A DNA stretch of 64,000 nucleotides from Takakia lepidozioides. Lineage: Eukaryota; Plantae; Bryophyta. The stretch is taken from assembly GCA_030704615.1 (NCBI GenBank), contig CM060733.1, positions 35,836,001 to 35,900,000 of the forward strand, in the 5' to 3' direction. The notes under the pieces were generated by a model that saw only the letters and a list, made by a program, of their open reading frames with translations, ran no database searches and was not told the origin of the DNA. Below, piece by piece: positions 36,952 to 49,424 of the stretch. Every line of letters starts with the position of its first letter. The stretch's first letter is position 1. A program made the position numbers and the translations under genes.

Positions 36952-37795
36952 GAAAAATTATTGTATAACAAGCGGCTAGTCGCGTATGGCTCCTCTTTAG
37001 TGCACAGTGGAATATACTTTCATCCACACTAAACTTGAAGAATTCATCCATTTATTTTTCATAAGTTGTTCCATAACAAAAATGTTCGGAAGGGAGGTGT
37101 TATCTGGAGAAGGCACATCATGGAAGTAGCTTTCAGCAAAGGAGAGGAGGTGACACCTGAGGAAGGCACACCAGGGACTGAGCAATTTTTGACACTGATG
37201 CTTACCTAGTCTCCTCTTTAGAACTAGTCTCCTTCTTAGAATAAAGAGGAGCCAACAAAACTAGACTACAGTAGGTTGTTCCTAGTACATATGACCTGGA
37301 TTTTAAGTATGCCATTATGGGCTTTTCAACGGTTTTAGTTTTTCCCTCCAGTAAGTACTTCAAGTTGGCAACTTGGGTGCCTTCAAAGGAAGAAGAAAGA
37401 GTGGAAGAAGGAAAGAAAGTAGCGTTGGAGCTGACGATGGCCTCCTGCACATGTTTCCGGAAGCGATGCCGACGGTGCTCAGCACATTTCATACACGGCC
37501 TGTCTGACTCAGCTCGCTAGAATCTGATCACAGTCTGTGCCTCAGGTCGCATCACACACTCTCGTCTGAGCTTTATGTTGAAAAGCCTTCGGGCTCGGAG
37601 GCTGGTTTTAGATAGCGCGTGGGATGCCATGTTTTTCTCTGGAAAGGTGTTTGACAGAATTGCTGGAGCGAAACGTGTCTATGAAGGATGGCTAGAGGAG
37701 TTTCGATGGTGATGGAAGCATTCGCTCTGCTGAAATCAGCAGGAGCGCACATCAGGCAGACAACATCGAAGACGGAGTAGCAGCTAAAATGAATA

Positions 37796-40700
37796 ATGGA
37801 GGACGAACTTCGTGAGAACTTGGGAAAGGGCGGAAGGACCTTCCCTTGCGATGGAGAGGATGATCATACGGGAGCGGGGATGGCTGCCACCCTGTTTACA
37901 GAGCAGAATGAAGCCGTTGAGGATGGCAGGAGTTCGCGCTTCAATCTTGCTAATGGGCTGCTTCCTGGCAGCAGCTGTTGGTTTGGTGCTGTACAGGGCG
38001 TCACTGCATGCGAAGCAGGAGGAGCTCCAGCTCAAATGTATGAATCGAAAAGAGGTACTTTTAGTTGATTCCTTGAAGAACTCATCTGGGAAGTTCAACT
38101 TTGACATCGGAACTGTTGTTCAAACGAGTATTTATTACAGAAAGTTGAGACTGGTGAACTTCCTCGCCCCAACAGGGTTTGATAACCCTTCTCAGACTTG
38201 GCATATCAATTCTGGTAGTTGTCAGAAAGAGTGGGAACGGTGGTCAACATGGGAAGCATGTATCCGGAGTTTCCAAGATGATCACATGGAAGAGTGGCTA
38301 TCAATTCTTGGGTCGCCATGTCTGTCTTCCAGTTTTTACACGAACAGATCGATTTTTTGTGGTATGTGACTCCGAGATGAAACATCTTGTCACCTGGGCA
38401 CTTTTTCAAGTCGAACTTTTATTTTCTGTCAGTGTGAAGTGTGTATTTTATTTGCACCATGCATGTAAACACAGCTGAAACTCACATCCGGCCAGTGCCT
38501 TGGATGTCTCCTGATTTGGCAGAGATCAGACACTTTTGCTGGATTGATGAATGTGGCACTTGATTCCCCCTGTTTCAATCTGTTGGTGAAGCATGGTTTT
38601 AAGAGTTTACCCAGTAAGCAATTTTTCAACACAGTTGCAGGACAAATGAGTTTACCGATGTATAGTAATCCACTTAATGCAATGCAGCTTAAACATGCTC
38701 AAGCTGCAGACCTCAGGGCCCTTCAAAACTTCTCTCTTGAAAGGTCCTTGAATGTCTGGTTTATGTGTTGCTGGTTTGGAAATTAGGTCCTCAAAGAACG
38801 TGGGAAGATTCATCACTGTAACAATTCCTCCAGGGGCTTCACAAACTTATTCTTGGGTGCCATCATGACTCTTGCAGGCACTACAGTCGGAAATTGAGAA
38901 TAGTCTCAATGCCTCCTTTATGATATTAGGATTCATGGCCACTGTTCCAGGCATGAATGAAAGCAACTGGCTGAGTTTTACACACCAAACACGCTTTCTC
39001 CGTCCCTTTGTGCGAAGGGTTGTCTACTTGCAACGAGTGCTCAACAGTGAAAGGGCTGCTTTTGAGAAGAAATGGAACAGCTCCATTCTTGAGACAGATG
39101 ACTCTATGAAACCTAGATTGGTGCGGACTCTGGATACAGAGTATGCTCCAATCGTCTATCAAACTAATGATATGAATTACTTCATGGTGGATTTTTCAAC
39201 CTTTGCAGTTCTCAAAGAGGTGCTTTATATAACTCGGACAACAGGCACGTTTGCTTTGTCACCACCAACTTCACTTTCAGGGATTTGGCGAATGGGGGCA
39301 TATCAGGCTTATTATGGGGGCACTGACGTCCAGTTGTTGACGACTGTTCAATCTCGAGAGGAGGCATGTCAGGGTTATGTGGCGACAAGTCTGGAGGTTT
39401 CAAATATATTTTATGCAGTGCTTTCAAGGTACACGCAGTCCACCTTCTACTCATCTATATCACCACTAGGAATTTGAGGATGCAAGGCATGGCAAGATGA
39501 AAGCATCTCCATTCTACAAATTCACTGTCCCAATTTGGATGATGGAAAAGATTTTGAGGTGATCGCTGTGTCCTTGAGGGCATGTAGCATTTGCCATTGG
39601 CTGCATTCAGGTCATTCCTGTTGGAAATCTGGACTTCAGAAAGTGAACACTATTGGACCACCATGTAATCTCTTTGAATGGCCTGTTTGTTCAGGTTCCA
39701 AGACGATGTTGACATGCATGTGGCTGTAGCGTATGTGTTGAATCAATCTGCGGGCGTACATTGGATTTACAATTGCAATGACTCGGCCGTCTGCACAATA
39801 ATCCTCTATGACGGTGCATCAAAGGCAAGTGAACCACCCACTGTGGTTGTCCCCTGGGCTTATGATCCTGGGAACCATTCCTTGGAAGTGCGATGTTATG
39901 CAATACAGAACATCAAGCTGTATGCTCTACGAAGCATAATTGCGTGGCCTCTGCTTATGATCATATTGGTCCTGTTATGCGCTGTTATTGTATACTTGGT
40001 TCTCAAGAGAATGGAAGCCATTGAGGGGGAAGTGGCTACTATCGAGAAGATGAACATTGATTTGAGAGCTGCCAAAGCTGCTGCTGAAGCTGCAGACAAT
40101 GCCAAGTCCAGTTTTCTTGCCACTGTTTCGCATGAGATCAGGTATTGGTTTTGCACTTTGTCATGGTAGGGTGTTCAGTCTGTACAGGGATGAAGGATAT
40201 TCTGCCTTATAATATTTTTTTCATAAAATTTCTGGGGCTGTGTTCATGGCCGTCCAGATCGAAGGGGTTAATGAGAGGGATTGCCCCACATGTTTTCTAT
40301 GGTATGATTTTCTTGAAGTGGATGTTGAATTATAGTAGGAAATTCTTGGATATTTTTGTGGATTTCAGTCTTGTCATTCTCAATGCAGCATTTTGAATGT
40401 GGCTATGGGACTCTTGATGATGAGAGGCTGGATTAATCCGAGTGGAGTTCCTAGCCTCGGTAGAGGTTATAACCTTATTTCTGGAGCTGAAGGCACAAGA
40501 AGAACCCACACAGCAATGTTCAATGTTGTCCGCACCCCATCCCAACGGCCTAACTTAAGTGCTTCGTAGGTCTTGGTAGTGGTCATTGTACACCCCAATG
40601 CTTAGTCTGTCCACAATGCTTGCATGTGATGGAGAGTGCTCGATTGCTTGTTTCTTACCCTGCTGGTATGCTTGGGCTGTTTGGTGGGTGCAGGACTCCC

Positions 40701-43700
40701 ATGAATGGAGTGATAGGTGAGCATGAAACGCTGAATTTTCCTTTTCAAATGCTATGTCTATGTCTTGGAAATGTGTGTAGGCATGTTGAGTGGTTTTTCC
40801 ATCGACAACATTGTTATATATGCTAAAGATCTGGGAGACATACTGTAGTAACAAGATTGAACGTGTGCACTGGTCAAAGTATTGCAGCTATCCCCAATCT
40901 TCCATCCATCAGAGAGGCTCTGGGAGTGTAGTCTTCAATGTTTGAGTGGTAGCATTTTGTATGATCCCCAAGGCAATTTATTTATAACCCTCTTTCTTCC
41001 AGGATGCTTGCTCAATGACTCCTCCTAAAGCAAGCTTTGTAACACCTAAATTCATGTATTGGTTTCTCTGTTGGTGTTGTGGGCAGGAATGACAAACTTG
41101 CTGATGGACACAGATTTGACACCCCAGCAGCTGGAATATGTCAAGATCGCCCAAGCCAGTGGAAATGCACTCGTGTGAGTAAACGCATTCCCTGCATCCT
41201 TCATTTGACATCCCAACATCTTCGGCCCCAGTGCCGATACAGGCAGTACGGCATGTGTACTTGCAAGCACTCCACAGGATCCAACCTCACTCAAACCAGC
41301 CATCAGTCTAGTTTTGCAAGGTTTGTTGAATACAAATGTGTAGATCTGGAATTATCCAAAATTCCATCTCATTATGTCACAAAAGGGCAAGTTTACGATA
41401 AGAATACAGTTTTCCCCTGTTGTCAGTTCATCTTTACTGTGAAAATTTGAATTGCTGGCTAATCTACCAACTTCTGTGGCAGTGCCCTTATAAACGATGT
41501 CCTAGACCTGTCAAAGATTGAGGTGGACCGCATGGAGATTGAGTCTGTTCCGTTTGATATAAGGGCTGAAGTGGATGATGTGCTCTCTCTTTTTGAAGAG
41601 AAACTTCACCAGAAGCACCTTGAGGCAGCTGGGCTAATCCATGACACTGTGCCCATGTGTGTTATTGGGGATCCTGGCCGACTTCGTCAGGTAACATCTT
41701 TTCATATGTTATGGTGGAATGTGAAAGATTGCTAGGAAGTCCCATGGACTAGTTTGTAGGATGTCAGACCTTCCAGCAGGCCGTGTCAGACCTTCCTTTG
41801 CTGTTCATGGAACATCAGCAACAACAAGAAATATGAAAAGAAGGATCTGAGAAAGGATCTCTTCTACTAACAGGCACAAGACAGACAGGTAGATATTGAA
41901 GATCCTGCTGCGAGGTTTTGTAGAGCTCTCTCCTGACAGAAGAATGAAAATTTCTTATTGTCCAAGGAGAGGAGCTGGGTTCTGATGAGTGTGTTATGAC
42001 ATGATATTGTTCGTGGTTCATTGCAGGTTTTGATCAATTTGGTCGGCAATGCTGTAAAGGTGAGAGGCATGTAGCATTTTTCAGTGCACATTCTTCTGAG
42101 AAACCATGAGTGAGCGTTTCAGAGCTTAGAGTTGCTGTGGCAGTTTGAAGTAGCTTCTAATGACCAAAACCTTAGACAGAGAGCATGGTGGTCTTTTGCC
42201 CTTCTAGAGGCTAGCAACCCCCTGCATGGTTTGTGGGACATTTACTGATTCAGACACCACACGGAATACCGGGTAAACACTACTACACTGAGATGTGCTA
42301 AGTAGTGCTGCATCTTACTGAGGGGATTTAAGACAAAGAAGATAAATATTTGTATAGCAGGATTCGTTCACTCGGCAGGGCCTACAAGCTCATCTTTTCT
42401 CCCCCTTCAGTGCAGTTTACAAAGGAAGGGAGTATCTTCTTGTGTGTACGCCTTGTCGATGACAACCTACCAGATGTAGGTCAACCTCTGCTAGTGGAGA
42501 CACCCATCCAAAATGGGAAGTTCAAGGATGTGGGTGCCAGGGATGTCTGCCAGTCTCAGGTAGTGGCCACATTACAAACAGATGTGAGCGTCCGACTGCA
42601 CCAGCGCAGTCTAAGCATTGACAGGTGTATTACTGGCGACAGTCCAAGTGGAAATGTAAGTGCTGAGAACTTCAGACTAGCTAGTTCAAGGTGGCGAGGC
42701 TCAAATTTGGTGGCACCAAGGTTAAGCATGCAATCACAGAATTCAAGCAAAGAGACTATCTCAAGTTGGAGGGGTTGGAGACCAGGGGCACATACCAACT
42801 CTATCAGCCCAGAAGTTACTCTTATCATTTCCGTTGAGGATACAGGTACATTTTGCAGAGCCCACAAGTACCAGTTTGCACACATAATATGGTAGTCTAG
42901 GGTTTTGGGAGTCAGGGAGAGGATGCAGGTGAGAACAAAACATAAACTATACATATGTATGCTCTGTCTTGTTTTCCCTCACTACAAAATATTTTGTTCA
43001 AGAAAGAGGAAAGAAAGTAACTCTAATGTTTAAAGAGTCCGTGATAAATATGGCCCGGGCTTCCAGAGTGGTGAAGGGCGTCTCTTAGTTGCATGAGTAA
43101 AGAGTGGATGTTGGAAATGGCTAACATGTTGGATCCAATACCCTAGCTATTCTGGGGAACTTGAGTTAGAGCATTGGGTGTGCTGGTAGGGAGCCCACAG
43201 ATGTGTTTGGTGAGCTGGATGATGTGCTTGTCTAGGAGGATTATGTCTGGAATGGAGAATGGAGCAGCGTGGAAATTATACCCAACTATACTCAATTATA
43301 ATCAATTATACTGAGATTAATTCCCAAACTTTGCACGAGTGCAGAATGCTTCATGCAGGAAAGGACGAAACAAAGAAACTTCATGCGTGTTTGCACGGGC
43401 CCATGGGATAAACTTAAAAAAACGAAAAGAAACAGTGATGGATGATATCCAGATAATGCCAGAAGACTTGAATGCCTGCAGTTCGAAAGAGGATGTACTC
43501 ATTAGACGCTGCTTGCCATAGCCTTGTGGCCATAGACACTGCATCCAGTTTGGGTGGAATGAGAGGGAAGCGAGCAAGAGATACAGGTAGAGAGAATGGG
43601 TTGGAGTGGATGTGATGTCAACTGTACATTGCCTGGTTTGTGGTGATGTTACTTGCTGGATATATTAACAGTAAATCTGTTAAAGGACAATATCTAATTA

Positions 43701-46700
43701 CTTTTTGGATATCTGATTGCAGGTATTGGCATCCCCTTGCATCTGCAGAATCGTCTATTCCAACCATTTTTACAGGCGGACAGCAGTACCTCAAGGGAAT
43801 ATGGGGGTACCGGTATTGGCTTATCTATCTCTCAGGTGACTGGCCTTTGTGTTTAAGCAGTGCAATTCTTTTCAGATGATCATCTCTATTACTTCTACTG
43901 TCCCACATTTTTGCAAATGGTCTAACTTTCATGAGGTCATGGGTGGGTTGCAGAAATTAGTTAATTTAATGAAGGGACAACTCACACTTTCTAGCCAGTC
44001 TGGAGGGGGAAGCGTGTTTGAGTTTACACTCAAATTGTCCCAAGGTGGAAATCCGGACAAAGGCAACCCTCAGCCTCCAGAGGAACAACTGAGAGGAACC
44101 AGAGTTTTAGTAGTTGACAAGCATCCCATCCGACAGGTAAGAACACTCACATGTATGGAGTGGCATCTGGTTGCCAGTCTGTCTCATTTCCTTTCCCTTC
44201 TTGCTTTCTCTCTTTTGCAGAACAGTCGCACTACTGGAGTGAGCCCCTCGCAAAGGTAGTGTCTGTAACTCTTGTTTCACTCAAACTGGCCATGGGGTCT
44301 ATGGCCACAAGGCTATGGCAAATGTCTTGCGAGTACAATCTTTGCAGAAGAGAGGTGGTTATGCACATGGTGCAATGACATAGTGCCATGAGGTAAAGTG
44401 AAGTAGTATGTCTCTCTCCTTGTGTGTTTTGTCTTTTGCTGCATTTTGATGATAATGAGCTGTGATTAAGTCAAAAGTTTTGAATCCTTTAAAGTCCCTG
44501 TAGCAGTGATCATGCATGAACGCGCCGGATAGTTAGGATTGTTGTGCATTTGGCGGTTGATCAAGATTTGTGGCGATTGACATCATAAAGTCCAAAATTC
44601 AGGCTTCTGTCTGATCATGATTACAGGAGGTGACAGCAAGCTATTTGCGAAGATTGGGCATGGTTGTTGAGGAAGCTGAAGATGTGTGGGCAGCCCTATC
44701 TGTATTAAGGAGGTGCAGAACCCTTACCCTGCTTGTGGATGTCATCAATCTGTCCTTGCATCAATCACAGGCTGTCGCAGGGTCTGTGTTTCATGCATGT
44801 CAGATGATAGACAGCATAATAGGACACGCACGACGCAAAGGTGATTACTGTATATTGCCTGTCTGATTTCTCTCTTGCAGCCATGTTGACGATGGGCATA
44901 CAGGTTTCATTAGGCTAAGACGGCAGGCTCATAAAGGTCTGCAATCAAGGACTCTCTGACCACAATCATTTTCAAAGGGTATGTCGGTAAACTTCCAGAA
45001 GTAGTTTGAGTCAGAGGCACGTGTAATTAGGGTCCGGTAAGCTTGGGTGGTCCAGTCTAGGATGGATGGAAGGGCTAGTTTGTAGTTAGTCTGAAACAAC
45101 ACAAACGTTCAAGTACAGCTCTCTGATGGTTGGGCCAGATGTTTTGTGCAGGAAGGACCAGGTATCAGTGCAGGCAGTGATTGTTGACTTGCAAGGGCTT
45201 GATCGGTCGTCTGCTCTGGACTTGGCTCGGTTGGTTCGTAAGGAGCTTGGTCTTGTGACTCTGCCCATGGTGGCTCTCTCATTGTTGCTCAGTAGAGATG
45301 GCCCAAACGAGCTTCAGGAAGCTGGCTTTACGTTCAATGTGCAAAAGCCACTCCGGCTTTCAATTTTGGCATTTGGCTTGCTGCAGGCCATGGGGGTGCA
45401 GGTCCAACCCACTTCAGTCAAAGCAAACATAGATTCCAAGATGCTCATTGGAAAGAGGTTGCTTCTGGTATGTTACTGAGTTTTCTGTTTGCCTTCATCA
45501 TTGCACGTACAGAAGAAGCTTTCGTGAAGGATGGAAGTGTGTTCTCACCACTGAGCATGTTGGGCAATCTTTGTTTTGGTGGTTGTGCGTCTATCTATCT
45601 CTCTCTCTCTGGCTTTGTTTGTTCTGTCCTTGGGCCTCCCTCAGACACAGTAAATGTGTCTTTTCTTTCATCTCTCTTTCCTTTTTGAAAAAGCCAATAA
45701 TGTCATGATGTTGTAGGTGGATGACAATGCAGTCAATCGAAAGGTGGCCTCATCAATGTTGTCACGATACGGAGGGACAGTTGTAAGTGTGAATGGTGGA
45801 ATAGAGGCAGTTTCCACGGTCAAAAAGCAAGAAGCAGGGCAGCAGTTTGACTTGATCTTGATGGATATTCAGATGCCTGAGGTAACTACCTACATTGGTG
45901 GATGTGTTCTTGATTTCCTTGCCTTGGGCAAATTAAGTTTTCTGTGTCCAATGTGTCAGTTTCTCGTTGCATGAATAGGAGACACGTGCATCCTTCTTAT
46001 GGGCCATGGACTAGTTCCTCCTGGAGGAGTCTGGGCCAAGACGTGCACATTATGAAATGAAATTCAAGTTTTATGATGATATTTCTACAGGGCTATTGTA
46101 AGGGAGGTGAGTTGGTTTCTGTGTCCGCAGTGGTGGCATGTGACTGTTGGTCTCCAGGAACGTACCTGATTGCAGGGTGAGGATCAGGTTCAAAATGTGG
46201 TTTCACTCAATTGCGTCAGTGCAAATGGATATTGCATAATTAGCAGTACTACAATTGATCCCCTGTCTGTTGCAGATGGATGGATATGAAGCCACTCGGC
46301 AAATACGCATTTGGGAGGCTGCAAGGTGTGAGAAGTGTCAGACTCAAGGAGGCAGTGACCCCACCTCTCTTGCAGGCAGAGGGTTCTGTCCTCACAGTCG
46401 AATTCCTGTAGTTGCAGTCACTGCTGATGTTATGAAGGGGACACATGAACTTTGCTTCAATGCTGGCATGGACAACTACATTCCCAAGGTATGATCCACT
46501 AGTGTAAGGCTGCTTTGGTGTTTCAATCCAGGAAGACTGGTGATCTGACATCCTTCAGCATGTAGTCACGTGGAATTTTTGACATGATTTTTAGATAGTG
46601 GTCGGGGACGTAAGAGTGAAAACCCCATATTAGTGCCTGAGGAAGATCTATGAAGATCGGACCCTCTTGCATGGCCACCAGGTACAGGACAATATACTGA

Positions 46701-47008
46701 TGCATTACTGTACATGATCAATGTTGTTCAGAGGTCACTCACACTCTTGCTGGAGTGCCTAGGTCGCCAATTTGTCACATCTGATTTATGAAGCGCCTTC
46801 CATCAATTTGTGAGACTTATGTACTCTCAAGTCTTTTGTGGTTATGTTATGGCATGTATTTCAGAAAGTCGAAGGCTTCCTCATGTGTATTTTCGGTTGG
46901 TATGAATTACAGCCTCTGGACCGGAAGCAATTGCATGAGGTGCTGGAGAGGCTCCTCGGTAACAGTAGAGCAGACAAGCCAGATGTCGGGGCGACAACTA
47001 CCAAGTGA
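37796..47008 (+). CDS. CHASE-domain hybrid histidine kinase (divergent cytokinin-receptor-like) copy B, 15 exons
   Basis: GT-AG exons 37796-38054, 38878-39428, 39695-40141, 40694-40716, 41087-41174, 41483-41690, 42027-42059, 42416-42845, 43723-43835, 43954-44136, 44627-44712, 45152-45467, 45717-45881, 46276-46488 and 46913-47008. Domain order: TM-CHASE-TM, HisKA ([18 protein letters not shown]), HATPase ([10 protein letters not shown]; DTGIGIP; [10 protein letters not shown]), pseudo-receiver, receiver (VDDN; [11 protein letters not shown]; AVTAD; YIPKP). There is one +1 indel early in exon 1 relative to copy A. Confidence 0.92.
44225..44341 (+). mobile_element. LINE family A 3' terminal fragment in intron 10 of CHK copy B
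   Basis: CACTACTGGAGTGAGCCC...CAAACTGG...GGCCACAAGGCTATGGCAAATGTCTTGCGAGTACAATC. Confidence 0.8.
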
Positions 47009-48367
47009 ATTCGCACACCAACCCCAGTATGGACTTGTGCATTCCAAAAGTGCACTGCTTGTATAAATGATTCAAGGTGGTCCCTTGCACCTCAGGCAAT
47101 TTCAGCATATTTACTTGCTGACGACCAGCTACTCAAATGTGTTGGTTTTTCGTCCCTAAAATGAGTCTCACTAAGTTCTCAAAGGTGCGGCAAACACCTG
47201 CAGCTTGTGAATCTTCAAAGGAATTTTTGCTGATTTTGAGGCTTAGCGCTACAATCTCGCATATTTTATTCTGGAAGGTGTAGCTGCCAATTATCAGGCA
47301 ATGTGGGGGCCTGTTGCTACCCCATTTGTTGGGAGCTTTCCTCTCCCTGTGTATAACGAAAAGAGGCAGACCCGGGGAATATACCTAGTTATGAAGTGAT
47401 GAGGGGGACCTTGGAAAGCCACAATGAGAAATAGAGTAGAGGGTGGTCTGTTAACCTTTTGCATGTGGCATTATGCCATGCCAGTCAAGCACCAGTATGC
47501 TCATGTTGAGCTTCCCATGTTTCTCATTGTCATTTTTTCTAACCCGTGCTTTTGGTTGCTGTGTTAAGTGCATTCAGTAACATGCACAGTTGTTCCTTTA
47601 CGAAGTGCTTATCCTGCTTGAAAATTCTACAAGCCAAGGTCTCTCAAGTCAAGATCATCAACAATATGTAAGTACAAGATTACCTTACCTTTCTGAAGCC
47701 GTTCTAACCTCCAAGCCTCTGGTGGAAGAAAGAGAACCGATACTGATTAACGCCCACCTTAATTTCGAGCCCCTCCGTTGCAAGCGGTAGACTGCTAGGG
47801 GGTTTCTAGGTCAGTTTCCATAATATCTCCATTCTTCTCGTAGTTCTCTTTCCAGCTTCTGGCTGTTACGGGTAGGCGGTGTTGTTTATTTGCTGTGCCT
47901 TTCCTCGCTGGGTGTGTAGTGCCCCGCTGGAGTTACGCAGGGTTTAGTCTGTTCTTGGTGTCATAGATGGTGGTGCCCTGCCTGGGTCACCTGGAATTAT
48001 GGCCTTTGGTCTCTTCTTTTACAAGGTTCGTAGCTTGCTGATATTTCAGCGAACCTGTTGTAGTTGTCCTGGGATTTTCCCCCATTGTGTCGCCTTATGG
48101 TCCTGGCGAGGTTATTTCTTCTTCAGTTTGCTTCAATTTGAGTAACAGGGCCTCCTGGTCCCCCGTTGTTTTTTTTCAAATGTTCAGTTAGTTTGACCAC
48201 AATGGAATGAGATTTCAACTCAACTCTCCTGGCACATAGGCAAGCTACTTATAGGATCCTTTGTATGGTGGTTAGTGGATGTTAATAGTTAGCAGGGATT
48301 GGGCATGGAATAGAATGCTCCTGAGGTAGGCAATGTGTATACTGACTGACTTCACTTACTAGGAGCC

Positions 48368-48636
48368 TTGGGTTTTATACCAGCATGAGTATCGTCCCCA
48401 GTTCATGTGCCCTCAGGCGCTGCTGAGGCCATGTCATCCTAAGGTAAGAAACGAAATACAGGGTAGCTAGTTCAATCTGCTTGGAGGAGTGAAAGTGGAA
48501 AGAAGGTAGATGCAGAGGGGTCATGATGTCTGGGCTACGGCTTGCAGGAATCAACTGTCATGTCGATTGCTGCATTGTAGGCAGATTATACACTTACCCT
48601 TGAATTGTTCGGTTGATAGAAGCACAATGACCTACA
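48368..48636 (-). pseudogene. Degraded duplicate of part of the last RFWD3 exon
   Basis: Colinear similarity to 18120-18405, e.g. GTGAAAGTGGAAAG.AGG.AGATGCAGAGGGG, ATTGCTGCATTGTAGG, TGAATTGTT and GCTGCTGAGG.CATGT. Confidence 0.75.
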
Positions 48637-49424
48637 CCTTATGATAAGGAACAACATACTCCATTAGGGATTGCTGGCAGAGTTTTTTGTTTGGATTTGA
48701 TGATTGTCACGCAGGAGCTTTTTAATCTGTATTATTGATGTATGATATTCTAAACAGCAATGAAACAAACACTCAGAAAGAAAGTAATGATCTAGATGTT
48801 TGAACCACAACATGCTAGCTTGCACAAAGCACTGGATTGTAAGATGAATGTGTTTGGTGATCTACAGGCTTTGGTAAGTGGCACTTTCAAGTCAACCTTC
48901 TTTCCGGGATTTTGATTACATTGCAACAGCAATCTTCCACTCTATGTGCCGTCTGCAGGCGGACGAGATGAACGTTGTGCTTTATGGTTTGAAGTTTGAG
49001 GATTTCCATTGACAGGCAAGCACTGAAGGAACTAAAAGCTGTATGAACTACAAACTTATAAAGTTTTGAAAGAATCTAGGTACCTGGAATCCAAAGTAGC
49101 CCTGATTCGTGTTAGGTGCGACAGTACTGATGGAATATTCGGCCCCCCCTCCCCCAAAATCCAGACGTACCTTGCTCGTTCGGACATTTTAATCTGTCGA
49201 ATTGGATTGCAGAAGAGTTTTGTTATCTATGTCTAGCAATGTCCGATCCAGAATTTCTTTGCCAACGCTGTCAATACCCGCAATGGTATGTGGATACATC
49301 CAAAGATGACAATGCGGTCATATTGTTGATCGGCCAGTGAGAAATGTTTCAACTCATATTACTCATAAGCCTACAAGATGAAATCGAATGTGCAACTGAA
49401 GTTAGAATCAGACTTGCACATCTA

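Noticed and set aside
47560-48180. Possible 3' end of another retroelement or ORF remnant
   Set aside because: No recognisable motif, TSD or second copy in the window.
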